From an uncultured Candidatus Bathyarchaeia archaeon (GTDB lineage Archaea > Thermoproteota > Bathyarchaeia > Bathyarchaeales > Bathycorpusculaceae): a stretch of DNA of 16,523 nucleotides. The notes under the pieces were generated by a model, which made no database searches, had not been told where the DNA came from, and worked only from the letters and a program-made list of their open reading frames with translations. The stretch covers positions 1-16,523 of the forward strand of contig CAYVGZ010000030.1 in the NCBI GenBank assembly GCA_964450845.1, in the 5' to 3' direction. This document shows, one piece after another, positions 1 to 8,314 of this stretch. Each line of letters begins with the position of its first letter. The stretch's first letter is position 1. The translations under genes were made by a program, and so were the position numbers.

Positions 1-451
1 CCGCGTAGGCTTCAACTATTTCGCCAACGAAGATTGTGTGGTCGCCTGTTGTGAACTGACTATGGAGTTTGCATTCCAAGTGGGCTATGCATTCCTTTAT
101 TATTGGCGTTTTCACCTTTCTGGCGGGTAATGGCGTAAAGCTTGTTTCCTTGAATTTGTCATAATCCTTGCCGCTCAGCCTACCGCAAAACAACGTTTCC
201 TTCAATATGTCCATTGTTGGGATGTTGACAACAAACTCTCTCATCTCCTCAATAAGGGCGTGAGAATATCTTCGTGGGGCGATGCTTATGGCTACTAACG
301 GCGGATTCATTGAAGTGGGCATTGCCCATGCCAACGTTATAATGTTTGGTCTTCCCGTTTTTCCAACGCAAGAAACAAGCACCGTATGCATTGGATGAAG
401 AAGTCTACTGGCGGAAGAGGGATTAACATTAACCTTTTCATCTTCTGACAT
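1..451 (-). CDS. Flavin reductase-like FMN-binding protein (DIM6/NTAB family), runs off the left edge
   Basis: Not in the ORF track; translated by hand from ATG at 451: MSEDEKVNVNPSSASRLLHPMHTVLVSC...PNIITLAWAMPTSMNPPLVAISIAPRRYSHALIEE...EFVVNIP...SGKDYDKF...IKECIAHLECK...GDHTIFVGEIV. These are typical flavin-reductase family motifs. SD-like AGGTG lies 8 nt upstream. Confidence 0.9.
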   Translation of the reverse strand, partial: MSEDEKVNVNPSSASRLLHPMHTVLVSCVGKTGRPNIITLAWAMPTSMNPPLVAISIAPRRYSHALIEEMREFVVNIPTMDILKETLFCGRLSGKDYDKFKETSFTPLPARKVKTPIIKECIAHLECKLHSQFTTGDHTIFVGEIVEAYA

Positions 452-463
452 TACAGATGCACC

Positions 464-1594
464 TTAACGTTTGATGTGAAATTTTTCTATGATTTTTCTT
501 GCTTTTTCCCGTTTTTTCTGATGTTCAGCGAGGAATTTATTTAATCTTTCCGTTAGTTCGGCTTTGCAATCACCACATAATATTTCGCCTGCCTTGCATT
601 GTTTTTCTCTTTCCGTTAGTTTCTTGTCGTCTTCTTCAAATAGGTAAAGAAAATACTGGAATATTGTGCAGATGTTTGGGTCTGCGCCAGTTTTTCTTTG
701 CTCTGCCGCCGTTCCTTTGCCACCTGTGAAAGCATTCCAGACTTTCCGTTTCACCACTTCTGGCTGGTCTGTAGTAAATATGGATGTTTCAGGTTCTGAA
801 GCGCTCATTTTTCCACCCACTCCCAACCCGGGCAAGAATCGACAGTGGATTTGGGCTGGTTTGTAGTAGCCGAGTTTCTGGGCTACGTCGCGTGTTACTC
901 GCCAGTACGGGTCTTGGTCTATGGCTGCTGGAATAAGGGCTGGAACATTTTCACCCGTTAGCTTCGCATGTAAAAAGCATGGAACTGCTTGAATGGCTGG
1001 CCAGAATATCCATCCAATGTTTGTGCTGTCTTGAAATCCAAAAGTAGCCTTTGTCGTTGAATAAGTTACGCGTTTTGCAACTTCCAAGGCAATGTCATAA
1101 AGCAAGCCTATGTCGTCCACATCGAAAATTATGAACGTGTTTTCGTGTTCAAAACCTAATGCAATCAAGTCTAAAGCATTTTCGTAGCCAAATTTCTTTG
1201 CTTCGTCAAGTTTAAGTTCGTCTTCTACTATGAATTTTTCGTCGTCAGTCATTTGAAAATAGAGTCTAGTTTTAAATTTGTCCTGCAAGTGTTTCGTGAA
1301 AATCCATGGGACGAGATGTCCTATGTGCACTGGTCCTGAAGGTCCTCTGCCAGTATATAAAACAAATTTTACTCCTTTCTCGTAAAGGTCTAAAACAATG
1401 TCTAAGTCGCGATGTGAAAAGAAAAGTTTTCTTCGTAGTTGAGGGTGAAGTTCGCCTGTGTATTTTGCTATTCTTCGCAGCAATTTCTCTGTTATTGGCT
1501 GGGTGCCGAACTCGCGTATTAAACGTTGATAGTCGACTTTGCCCCTAACTTCCCATGGAGTAACAACCATTTCATTTTTGTTTTCATCAACCAA
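464..1594 (-). CDS. trpS: Tryptophanyl-tRNA synthetase (archaeal type)
   Basis: VTPWEV, YTGRGPSGPVHIGH (HIGH), IPAAIDQDPY, KMSAS and C-terminal CGDCK. Start placed at TTG 1594 because GAGAGG lies 7 nt upstream; GTG 1609 and ATG 1570 are alternatives. Confidence 0.97.
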   Translation of the reverse strand: MVDENKNEMVVTPWEVRGKVDYQRLIREFGTQPITEKLLRRIAKYTGELHPQLRRKLFFSHRDLDIVLDLYEKGVKFVLYTGRGPSGPVHIGHLVPWIFTKHLQDKFKTRLYFQMTDDEKFIVEDELKLDEAKKFGYENALDLIALGFEHENTFIIFDVDDIGLLYDIALEVAKRVTYSTTKATFGFQDSTNIGWIFWPAIQAVPCFLHAKLTGENVPALIPAAIDQDPYWRVTRDVAQKLGYYKPAQIHCRFLPGLGVGGKMSASEPETSIFTTDQPEVVKRKVWNAFTGGKGTAAEQRKTGADPNICTIFQYFLYLFEEDDKKLTEREKQCKAGEILCGDCKAELTERLNKFLAEHQKKREKARKIIEKFHIKR

Positions 1595-1871
1595 GGGGAC
1601 GCCTCTCACTTAATTTGACTTCTTATAGAATTGATGGAAAACGTATTAAGTTTTGTGTGGATCAATGCTCAAGAAGACTTCATGATGTTTGGTGGAATAA
1701 GCTATAAATATGGTTTCTGCATTTGTGATTGCTGATGGTGAAGTGATGCCCTGCCAATTTACTTAAAAGGGCAAACGTTTTCTAGAAAAAAGCCAGCGAA
1801 GCACACGTATATTTTTATTAAAACTATAACAACTACATTACCAAACTTTAACCCAATTCGTGAAGGGAAAC

Positions 1872-3398
1872 ATGATGGTTGAGCTTAGAGAAGCAGAGCG
1901 CAAAACACTTTTAGCCATACAAAGGCTACGCGGAAAAGCTTCAGTTGAACAAATAGTTAATGAAACTGGATCGCCTGATGCGGCAATAATGCGTGCAGCC
2001 CTAACATTACAAGAGAAAAAGCTTGTTAAAATCAGAGAGAGAAAACAAACTATTGTAAACCTTAACAAGGAAGGAAAACTTTACGCTGAAAATCAGCTAC
2101 CTGAACGCAGAATTTTAGACACGCTCTATGATAAGGGCGGTGAAACGTTGATCGCTCACATTCCACGAGAGATAGACATTCCTCCAACTGCTATCCCTCT
2201 GGCGTTAGGCTGGTTAGTGCAGAAAAATTGGGCGGTCATAAACAAAGAAGAGAATACAATAAACCTGACCAAATACTCGCGAACTCGAAAACCTCCAAGG
2301 GGCAATGATGAAAAACTTCTCGCATTATTGGTAAAAAGACGAACGATTTTCGTTGAAGAACTTGACAAAGGCCTACAACAAGCTGTCGCCACACTAAAAA
2401 GACGCAAGCTTATAGAAACCAAGGAAAGGTCAACATACGAGCTGGAACTTACAAAAGAAGGTTCGAAGCTAGTCGAAAAAGGATTAGAAGTTACTGAAGA
2501 AGTAAGTCAGCTGACGCCAGAACTTATCATAACAAAGAAATGGCGTGAAACAAAACTGAGAAGATTCGATGTTACTGCATCTGGACCAACTGTTTATCCA
2601 GGCAAGGTTCATCCGTTGCAACAAATTATCCAACATGCACGTGAGATTTTTCTGGAAATGGGATTCACAGAAATCCGCGGACCCCTCGTTGAAACTGCCT
2701 TCTGGAATTTCGATGCTCTGTTTCAGCCCCAAGATCATCCTGCTAGAGAGATGATGGATACTTTTTATTTGGCTAATCCTAAGGCTGGAAAATTGCCGTC
2801 TAAAAATATAGTGGATGCTGTTGCCGAAGTGCATGAAAACGGTTGGATAACTGGTTCTAAAGGGTGGAGTTACAAGTGGAGCGCTGAAGAAGCCAAGAGG
2901 CTTGTTTTGCGGACACACACCACTGCTGAAACAATAAAATACCTTTCACACCATAAGAAGCCGCCCATAAAAGTGTTTTCGGTGGACAGGGTTTACCGAA
3001 ATGAGCAAGTCACATACAAAAACGTTCCAGAATTCCATCAAATCGAAGGCATAGTTGTTGACAAAAACGTGACACTTAAAGATTTGATGGGAACATTGAA
3101 AACCTTCTATGCAAGATTTGGACTGAAGAAAGTGCAGTTCTGGTCATGCTATTTCCCCTACACTGAACCTTCAGCCCAAGCAATGGTTTACCATCCGAAG
3201 CTTAAGCGTTGGATTGAGCTTTGCGGAATGGGTATTTTCAGGCCGGAGGTTTTGGCTCCCATGGGCATTAAGTATCCAGTGCTAGCTTGGGGAGGTGGGT
3301 TAGAGCGTTTGGCTATGATTGAGCTTGGTTTGGATGATATTAGGCTGCTTTATGGTAACCGTTTAGAATGGGTTAGGAGGACGCCTCTATGCCAGTGA
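1872..3398 (+). CDS. pheS: Phenylalanyl-tRNA synthetase alpha subunit (long archaeal form with N-terminal winged-helix region)
   Basis: GKVHPL, FWNFDALFQPQDHPAREMMDTF, LRTHTT, DRVYRNE, EFHQIEG, YFPYTEPS, GMGIFRPEV and AWGGGLERL. Start could be 1860 (GTG), 1872 or 1875. Confidence 0.97.
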   Translation: MMVELREAERKTLLAIQRLRGKASVEQIVNETGSPDAAIMRAALTLQEKKLVKIRERKQTIVNLNKEGKLYAENQLPERRILDTLYDKGGETLIAHIPREIDIPPTAIPLALGWLVQKNWAVINKEENTINLTKYSRTRKPPRGNDEKLLALLVKRRTIFVEELDKGLQQAVATLKRRKLIETKERSTYELELTKEGSKLVEKGLEVTEEVSQLTPELIITKKWRETKLRRFDVTASGPTVYPGKVHPLQQIIQHAREIFLEMGFTEIRGPLVETAFWNFDALFQPQDHPAREMMDTFYLANPKAGKLPSKNIVDAVAEVHENGWITGSKGWSYKWSAEEAKRLVLRTHTTAETIKYLSHHKKPPIKVFSVDRVYRNEQVTYKNVPEFHQIEGIVVDKNVTLKDLMGTLKTFYARFGLKKVQFWSCYFPYTEPSAQAMVYHPKLKRWIELCGMGIFRPEVLAPMGIKYPVLAWGGGLERLAMIELGLDDIRLLYGNRLEWVRRTPLCQ

Positions 3399-5047
3399 TT
3401 ACACTCTACGAGGAAAGGTTTTCCAAGTTTATGGGTAGGAAAACAACGGTTAAGGATATGGCTAAGTGGTTGCCTTGGATAGGGTTTGACATAGAGGAAG
3501 TGGGCGAGGATTACGTGAAGGTTGAATACAACCCGAACCGCATCGACTTTTGCAGTTACGCTGGCGTTGCAAGGGCTCTGAAAGGCTTTATTGCAAAAGA
3601 AACGGGGTTGCCCAAATATGAAGCTAAACAACCAAAAATCACGCTTACCATAGATGAGGCCGTTGCAGATGTTAGACCTTTTATGCTTGCAGCCGTAGTC
3701 CGTGACATAAAACTTGACGAAGACGCTGTTGTTGAATTAATGGAAATGCAGGAAGACATTCATTGGGGTCTTGGCAGAGATAGGAAAAAAGTTTCTATAG
3801 GCGTCCACAACTTGGATGTGGTTAAGCCGCCTTTCACTTACACGGCAGCTGAACCTGAAAGCGCAAAGTTTGTTCCTCTAGGCAAAACTGAAGAGATGAC
3901 TTTGAAAGAGATTTTGGAAAAACACGAGAAGGGCGTAGCCTATAGCCACCTCATAGACTGGGCGCCTAAATATCCACTACTGATTGATAGGGATGGGTCG
4001 GTTCTTTCAATGCCGCCTATTATAAATGGAAAGCTGACGAGGGTAGATGCCAAAACAAGGAACCTATTCTTGGATGTTACGGGCACTAATTACGATGCTG
4101 TGGAAAAAAGCTTGAAAGTGCTTGTCACTGCTTTGGCGGATGCGGGTGGCACAATAGAGAAGGTTAATGTGAAATACGTAAACCGCACGGTAATTTCGCC
4201 CAATTTGGAACAGGAGAAAATGAAGTTGAGGGTGGACTATGCCAATAAGTTGCTCGGCTTAGAACTTTCCGAAGCGGAAGCTGTAAAGTGTTTACAAAGA
4301 TGTAGGTTAGATGCGCAAAAAATGGGTAAGGGCATTTTAGAAGTGTCGATTCCGGCTTATCGAATTGACATTTTGCATGAAGTTGATTTGGTTGAGGAAG
4401 TTGCTATAGGCTATGGCTATTATAGGCTAAAGCCCTCAATTCCAACAGCCGTAACTATTGGAGAGCAGCATCCAGTTCAAAAGCTTGCAAATATGGTGCG
4501 ACAAATCATGGTAGGCTTAGGTTTCTTAGAAGTTATGAACTTCACCCTCACCAATGAGCGCCTTCATTACCATTATATGCGCATGAAAGAGGAAAAAAAC
4601 ATCAGACTCGCCAATCCTGTTTCAACAGAATATTCCATAATGCGACAGTCACTATTGCCAGGACTCATGAAGAATCTGGCTGAAAACAAACATGAAAGTT
4701 TCCCGCAGAGGCTTTTTGAAGTTTCAGACGTTGGAAAAATAAACACGAGGCTAGAGTCAATGTGCGAAAGAAATCTAAACGTAGCCGCTGTTTCATCGCA
4801 TTCAACAGCCAACTTTACCGAGGTAAAATCTTTTGCAGAAGCCTTACTTGTTAACTTAGGCTTAAAAAACTGGCAGATTAAAGAAGCAAAGCATCCAAGT
4901 TTTCTTGAAGGCAGGACAGCAGCAATCTATGTGAAAGGCAAACGTTTAGGCATTCTAGGCGAGATGCACCCAGAAGTTTTAAACAACTTTGAATTGGAGA
5001 ACTCGACAGTTGCCTTCGAAATAGATCTGGGTCTGCTACTAAAATAA
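3389..5047 (+). CDS. pheT: Phenylalanyl-tRNA synthetase beta subunit
   Basis: [65 protein letters not shown] and [15 protein letters not shown] upstream; overlaps the pheS end by 10 nt. Confidence 0.97.
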   Translation: MPVITLYEERFSKFMGRKTTVKDMAKWLPWIGFDIEEVGEDYVKVEYNPNRIDFCSYAGVARALKGFIAKETGLPKYEAKQPKITLTIDEAVADVRPFMLAAVVRDIKLDEDAVVELMEMQEDIHWGLGRDRKKVSIGVHNLDVVKPPFTYTAAEPESAKFVPLGKTEEMTLKEILEKHEKGVAYSHLIDWAPKYPLLIDRDGSVLSMPPIINGKLTRVDAKTRNLFLDVTGTNYDAVEKSLKVLVTALADAGGTIEKVNVKYVNRTVISPNLEQEKMKLRVDYANKLLGLELSEAEAVKCLQRCRLDAQKMGKGILEVSIPAYRIDILHEVDLVEEVAIGYGYYRLKPSIPTAVTIGEQHPVQKLANMVRQIMVGLGFLEVMNFTLTNERLHYHYMRMKEEKNIRLANPVSTEYSIMRQSLLPGLMKNLAENKHESFPQRLFEVSDVGKINTRLESMCERNLNVAAVSSHSTANFTEVKSFAEALLVNLGLKNWQIKEAKHPSFLEGRTAAIYVKGKRLGILGEMHPEVLNNFELENSTVAFEIDLGLLLK

Positions 5048-5106
5048 GAAAAACTTCCAAACTCCCCTTCACTAATCGAGCGTACGAAAAGTTCAATCTA
5101 TTTATA

Positions 5107-5422
5107 GGGGGGCTGGGCTAGTCTCAGATGGGCAGTTCGCCATCACATTTGGAATATGAGACAGTAACGTTTAATTTTTCAGAAACAATACTGTCTTGTT
5201 TGGCGATGACGGTAACGAGCCTTCTGAATCCCACTGGCTATATCCATGCAGACGGACTCAACGGAAGCAAAAAGCTTGTGATGGCGGGTTTACCCAAACA
5301 TGGGACACAGTGGGCGCGGGCGCCATAATCCCACGCCGAGAGAGCTTAACTTAGAGGAGCGCAACGCTCCACAATGAAGCTAAGTGATAGGTTACGTGGG
5401 AAACAAAAACGCCCGCGAAACA
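5107..5422 (+). ncRNA. Candidate structured non-coding RNA of unknown family (strand inferred)
   Basis: About 51% GC by hand count versus about 35% in the adjacent lines. Helices: 5138-5147/5277-5286 (10 bp), 5159-5166/5189-5196 (8 bp), 5230-5236/5308-5314 (7 bp), 5243-5248/5299-5304 (6 bp, one G-U), 5315-5322/5410-5417 (8 bp), 5329-5335/5395-5401 (7 bp), 5356-5361/5365-5370 (6 bp). TATA-like TATTTATA immediately upstream. Confidence 0.6.
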
Positions 5423-5432
5423 ACTTTTAAGT
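5418..5432 (+). promoter_or_regulatory. Putative BRE/TATA promoter of tyrS
   Basis: AAACAAC followed by TTTTAAGT about 45 nt upstream of the tyrS start; pattern match only. Confidence 0.4.
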
Positions 5433-5475
5433 CTCACCATTGCATACAACTTTAGGAAGTTAATAGAATCGGGCA

Positions 5476-6561
5476 GTGCAAAGTTTGGATATAGAAACAA
5501 AAATCGACCTGATCAAAAGACCTCCAACAGAAGAAATTCTTGTTGAAAGTGAATTAAGAGAACTTCTGCAAACCAACCCACACCCAGGGCATTATCAAGG
5601 CTTCGAAATCTCAGGACTACTACACTTGGGCAACTTCGTTGTTTCAGGCTTCAAGATAAATGACCTCCTAAAAGCAGGAATAAAATGCCAAGCATACATG
5701 GCGGATTGGCACAGCTTCATCAACAACAAATTCGGTGGAAAATGGGATAAAATTCTGACAGCTGCAAAATACTATGCAGAAGCCTTCAAATTCTTCTGTC
5801 CCGGCGTAAAAATTGTCGTAGGCTCAGAACTATATCATAACAACGATGAATACTGGCGAAACCTCGTAAAGTTTGCCAAGCACATGACTCTCAGCAGAAC
5901 GCTTAGATGCTTGACGATAATGGGCAGAAGCGAAAACGAAAAACTTGATCTATCGCAATATTTTTATCCGCCAATGCAAGCCGTCGACGTACACGAGATA
6001 GGCGCAGACATACCTCACGGCGGCTTAGACCAAAGAAAGGCACATGTCTTAGCCAGAGAAGTTTTTCCAAAAATGGGTTGGCAAAAACCAGTTGCATTAC
6101 ATCATCATTTGTTAATGGGCATAGCCGAACCAGTGAAACTCCAAGCAAAAGACAAACTAGAACAAGTTATTGCCAGCAAGATGAGCAAGTCAAAACCATG
6201 GACAGCCATATTCGTCCACGACAATGAAGAACAAATAAAAGAAAAAATGCAAAAAGCATGGTGCCCAGAGAAACAAACAGAAATGAACCCCATATTGGAA
6301 ATAGTTAAACACGTAATCTTCCACGAAAAACAAACGTTCAGCATAGAACGACCAACAAAATTTGGCGGCACAATCGAATTCGAAAACTACAACGAACTAG
6401 AAAAAGCCTATAGAAACGGTAATCTTCATCCGCAAGACTTGAAAAACGCCATCGCAAAGGAAATAGCCACAATACTTGAACCTATAAGAAGATATTTCGA
6501 AAGCAACAAGGAAGCGCAAAAATGCTTAGACTTCATGAAAACTGCCGAGATAACAAGGTAA
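5476..6561 (+). CDS. tyrS: Tyrosyl-tRNA synthetase (archaeal type)
   Basis: YQGFEISGLLHLGN (HIGH variant), ADWHS, YPPMQAVD, GGLDQRKAH, KMSKS and LHPQDLK. Confidence 0.97.
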   Translation: MQSLDIETKIDLIKRPPTEEILVESELRELLQTNPHPGHYQGFEISGLLHLGNFVVSGFKINDLLKAGIKCQAYMADWHSFINNKFGGKWDKILTAAKYYAEAFKFFCPGVKIVVGSELYHNNDEYWRNLVKFAKHMTLSRTLRCLTIMGRSENEKLDLSQYFYPPMQAVDVHEIGADIPHGGLDQRKAHVLAREVFPKMGWQKPVALHHHLLMGIAEPVKLQAKDKLEQVIASKMSKSKPWTAIFVHDNEEQIKEKMQKAWCPEKQTEMNPILEIVKHVIFHEKQTFSIERPTKFGGTIEFENYNELEKAYRNGNLHPQDLKNAIAKEIATILEPIRRYFESNKEAQKCLDFMKTAEITR

Positions 6562-6567
6562 ACCCTC

Positions 6568-6984
6568 TTGTCAACGCATCTTCAAGAGAAAGAGGAGAAA
6601 ATTCTGCAAGTTTTGGAATGCCTAGCTGAAGAATCAGCAAAAGGAATACCCATAATCGTAGAAGGCAAAAACGACATCGAAGCTTTAAGAGTTTTAGGTA
6701 TTGAAGGAACAATAATATCTGCAAAAACAGGCGGAAAATCCATTCTCGACGTTATCTCAGAAGTAGAAAAACTCGCAGCGAAAGAGGTAATCATGTTATT
6801 AGACTTTGACAGACGAGGAAAAGAATGGACAAAACGCTTAAAACAAAACCTAGAGAAAGCAAAAACAAAAATCAACCTCACCTTCTGGAGCAGACTTTTG
6901 GAGCTTGTAGGCACAGAAGTGAAAGACATCGAAGGTTTAGCCACCTACATGGAAACCTTAAAGAGGAAGATTCACAATTCATAA
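6568..6984 (+). CDS. Small stand-alone TOPRIM-domain protein (primase/RNase M5-like)
   Basis: IIVEGKNDIEAL and LLDFDRRG TOPRIM motifs; TTG start 6 nt after the tyrS stop. Confidence 0.9.
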   Translation: MSTHLQEKEEKILQVLECLAEESAKGIPIIVEGKNDIEALRVLGIEGTIISAKTGGKSILDVISEVEKLAAKEVIMLLDFDRRGKEWTKRLKQNLEKAKTKINLTFWSRLLELVGTEVKDIEGLATYMETLKRKIHNS

Positions 6985-7093
6985 AACTAATAAAGAGCAA
7001 AAATAAATAATCTCGTGAATTGAGAGCACGATTCTCTCATCATGCGATTAAAACTAACCATAACCATAACTGATCAATCGGAGGTGGACACTT

Positions 7094-8236
7094 ACGGGTT
7101 CATCACAAACGTTTACCATAAAGTATGTTATACACGCAAATTTCGAAATAGAAGGGGTAGTTGAAAAACCGGACGTTATAGGAGCAGTTTTTGGCCAAAC
7201 AGAAGGACTTTTTGGACCAGAACTCGACCTAAGGGAACTGCAGAAATCAGGCAGGATTGGAAGAATAGAAATTGAACTTCATTCGAAACAGGACAAAACA
7301 ACAGGTGCCATCACTATTCCAACAAGCTTAGACAAGGTTTCCACAGCCCTCATTGCGGCAAGCATAGAAAGCATAAACAGGGTTGGACCATGCGCCGCGA
7401 AGGTGACACTTATGAAAATTGAAGATGTCAGAGAAGCCCGAAGAAAAGTGATAATTGACAGAGCCAAGGACATTCTTCATAAATGGACAATTGAATCCAT
7501 GCCATCAGTAGATGAAGTCTTCAAAGAGGTCGCGGAGACGCTAAAAATTGCAAAAGTCGAAAAGTATGGACCAGACGAATTGTCCGCTGGACCAGAAGTC
7601 GCCAGTTCCCAGAAGATAATTGTTGTTGAGGGAAGAGCAGACGTAATAAATCTCATGCGATGTGGATTGCTCAACGTATTAGCCTTAGAAGGGGCGAAAG
7701 TTCCCGACACAATCAAGAAGCTTTCCAAAGAAAAAGAGATAACAGCCTTTCTCGACGGAGACAGAGGTGGAGACCTAATCCTAAAGGAGCTTTTGCAAGT
7801 CACAGAAACAAAGTACATTGCTAGGGCACCGAGAGGAAAAGAAGTTGAAGAGCTAAATTGCAAAGAAATATTTGAAGCCTTGGAAGCCAAAGTTCCAATG
7901 GAAGAGCCATCCAAACCGAAAAGGGAGAAGCTGAAAATAGAGATTCCAAACGAAATTGCTCAACTAATGAAAGGGCTGGAAGGCAGTCTAGAGGCTGTTC
8001 TCCTAAATGAAAAGTTGGAACAAATGGAGCGGTTGCCAGTAAGCCAGCTAGCCGAGAAACTCCAGCAAATGGAAGGAGTTGACACGGTTGTCTTTGACGG
8101 TATTATAACGCAAAGAATCGTTGATGTGGCAACCGAGAAAAACATTAAACAAATTATTGCTTCGCGTATGTCAGAGGCAGTTAAGCCATCATTAACGGTT
8201 CAACTACTGACATTCTCAGACATAAAAACATCATAG
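7094..8236 (+). CDS. dnaG: Archaeal DnaG (bacterial-type primase, exosome-associated)
   Basis: The frame of ORF 7403..8236 is open back to 7070 and encodes the conserved N-terminus KYVIHANFEIEGVVEKPDVIGAVFGQTEGLFGPELDLRELQKSGRIGRI. TOPRIM motifs IIVVEGRADV and FLDGDRGG. Start inferred at ACG 7094 from the SD GGAGGTGG at 7080-7087. Confidence 0.93.
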   Translation, partial: TGSSQTFTIKYVIHANFEIEGVVEKPDVIGAVFGQTEGLFGPELDLRELQKSGRIGRIEIELHSKQDKTTGAITIPTSLDKVSTALIAASIESINRVGPCAAKVTLMKIEDVREARRKVIIDRAKDILHKWTIESMPSVDEVFKEVAETLKIAKVEKYGPDELSAGPEVASSQKIIVVEGRADVINLMRCGLLNVLALEGAKVPDTIKKLSKEKEITAFLDGDRGGDLILKELLQVTETKYIARAPRGKEVEELNCKEIFEALEAKVPMEEPSKPKREKLKIEIPNEIAQLMKGLEGSLEAVLLNEKLEQMERLPVSQLAEKLQQMEGVDTVVFDGIITQRIVDVATEKNIKQIIASRMSEAVKPSLTVQLLTFSDIKTS

Positions 8237-8314
8237 GACTGACTCTCAAAGGGCTGACATCTCTTCTCGTACTAATTCTGGCATATTCGCACTAGCGTTT
8301 GGAGAGGCATGTAA

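Noticed and set aside
1657-1735. Short ORFs with tandem Trp (MDQCSRRLHDVWWNKL) or Phe/Tyr codons as attenuator leader peptides
   Set aside because: They point away from trpS, lie upstream of the likely pheS TATA (about 1810-1822), have no SD, and leader-peptide attenuation is not established here.
5131-5165. GTTCGCC and TGAGACAG match 23S rRNA peptidyl-transferase-centre words
   Set aside because: The spacing is wrong, and 7-8-mer matches to a 2.9-kb rRNA are expected by chance in 300 nt.
5112-5236. Intron-containing or split tRNA (GCTGGGC-TAGTCTCAG-ATGG looks like a 5' half)
   Set aside because: No complementary acceptor strand, no valid T-arm and no anticodon arm could be assembled.
5246-5315. 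TGCAGACGGACTCAACGGAAGC resembles the group I intron R element (compare GCAGAGACTCGACGGGAGC)
   Set aside because: There is no downstream AGTC to form P7 (the nearest is ACAGTG), no room for P4-P6, and no flanking exons.
5128-5328. 66-aa ORF inside the structured element
   Set aside because: No SD and no recognisable motif; the sequence is better explained by RNA pairing.
5107-5422. SRP (7S) RNA, suggested by the length and a GGGCTAG start
   Set aside because: No helix-8 CAGG...GGAA...AGCA motif on either strand and no 5'-3' terminal helix. A cmscan run is still advisable.
7021-7039. TGAGAG-N7-CTCTCA hairpin and AACCAT repeat before dnaG
   Set aside because: Short, with no U-tract; insufficient to call a terminator or operator.
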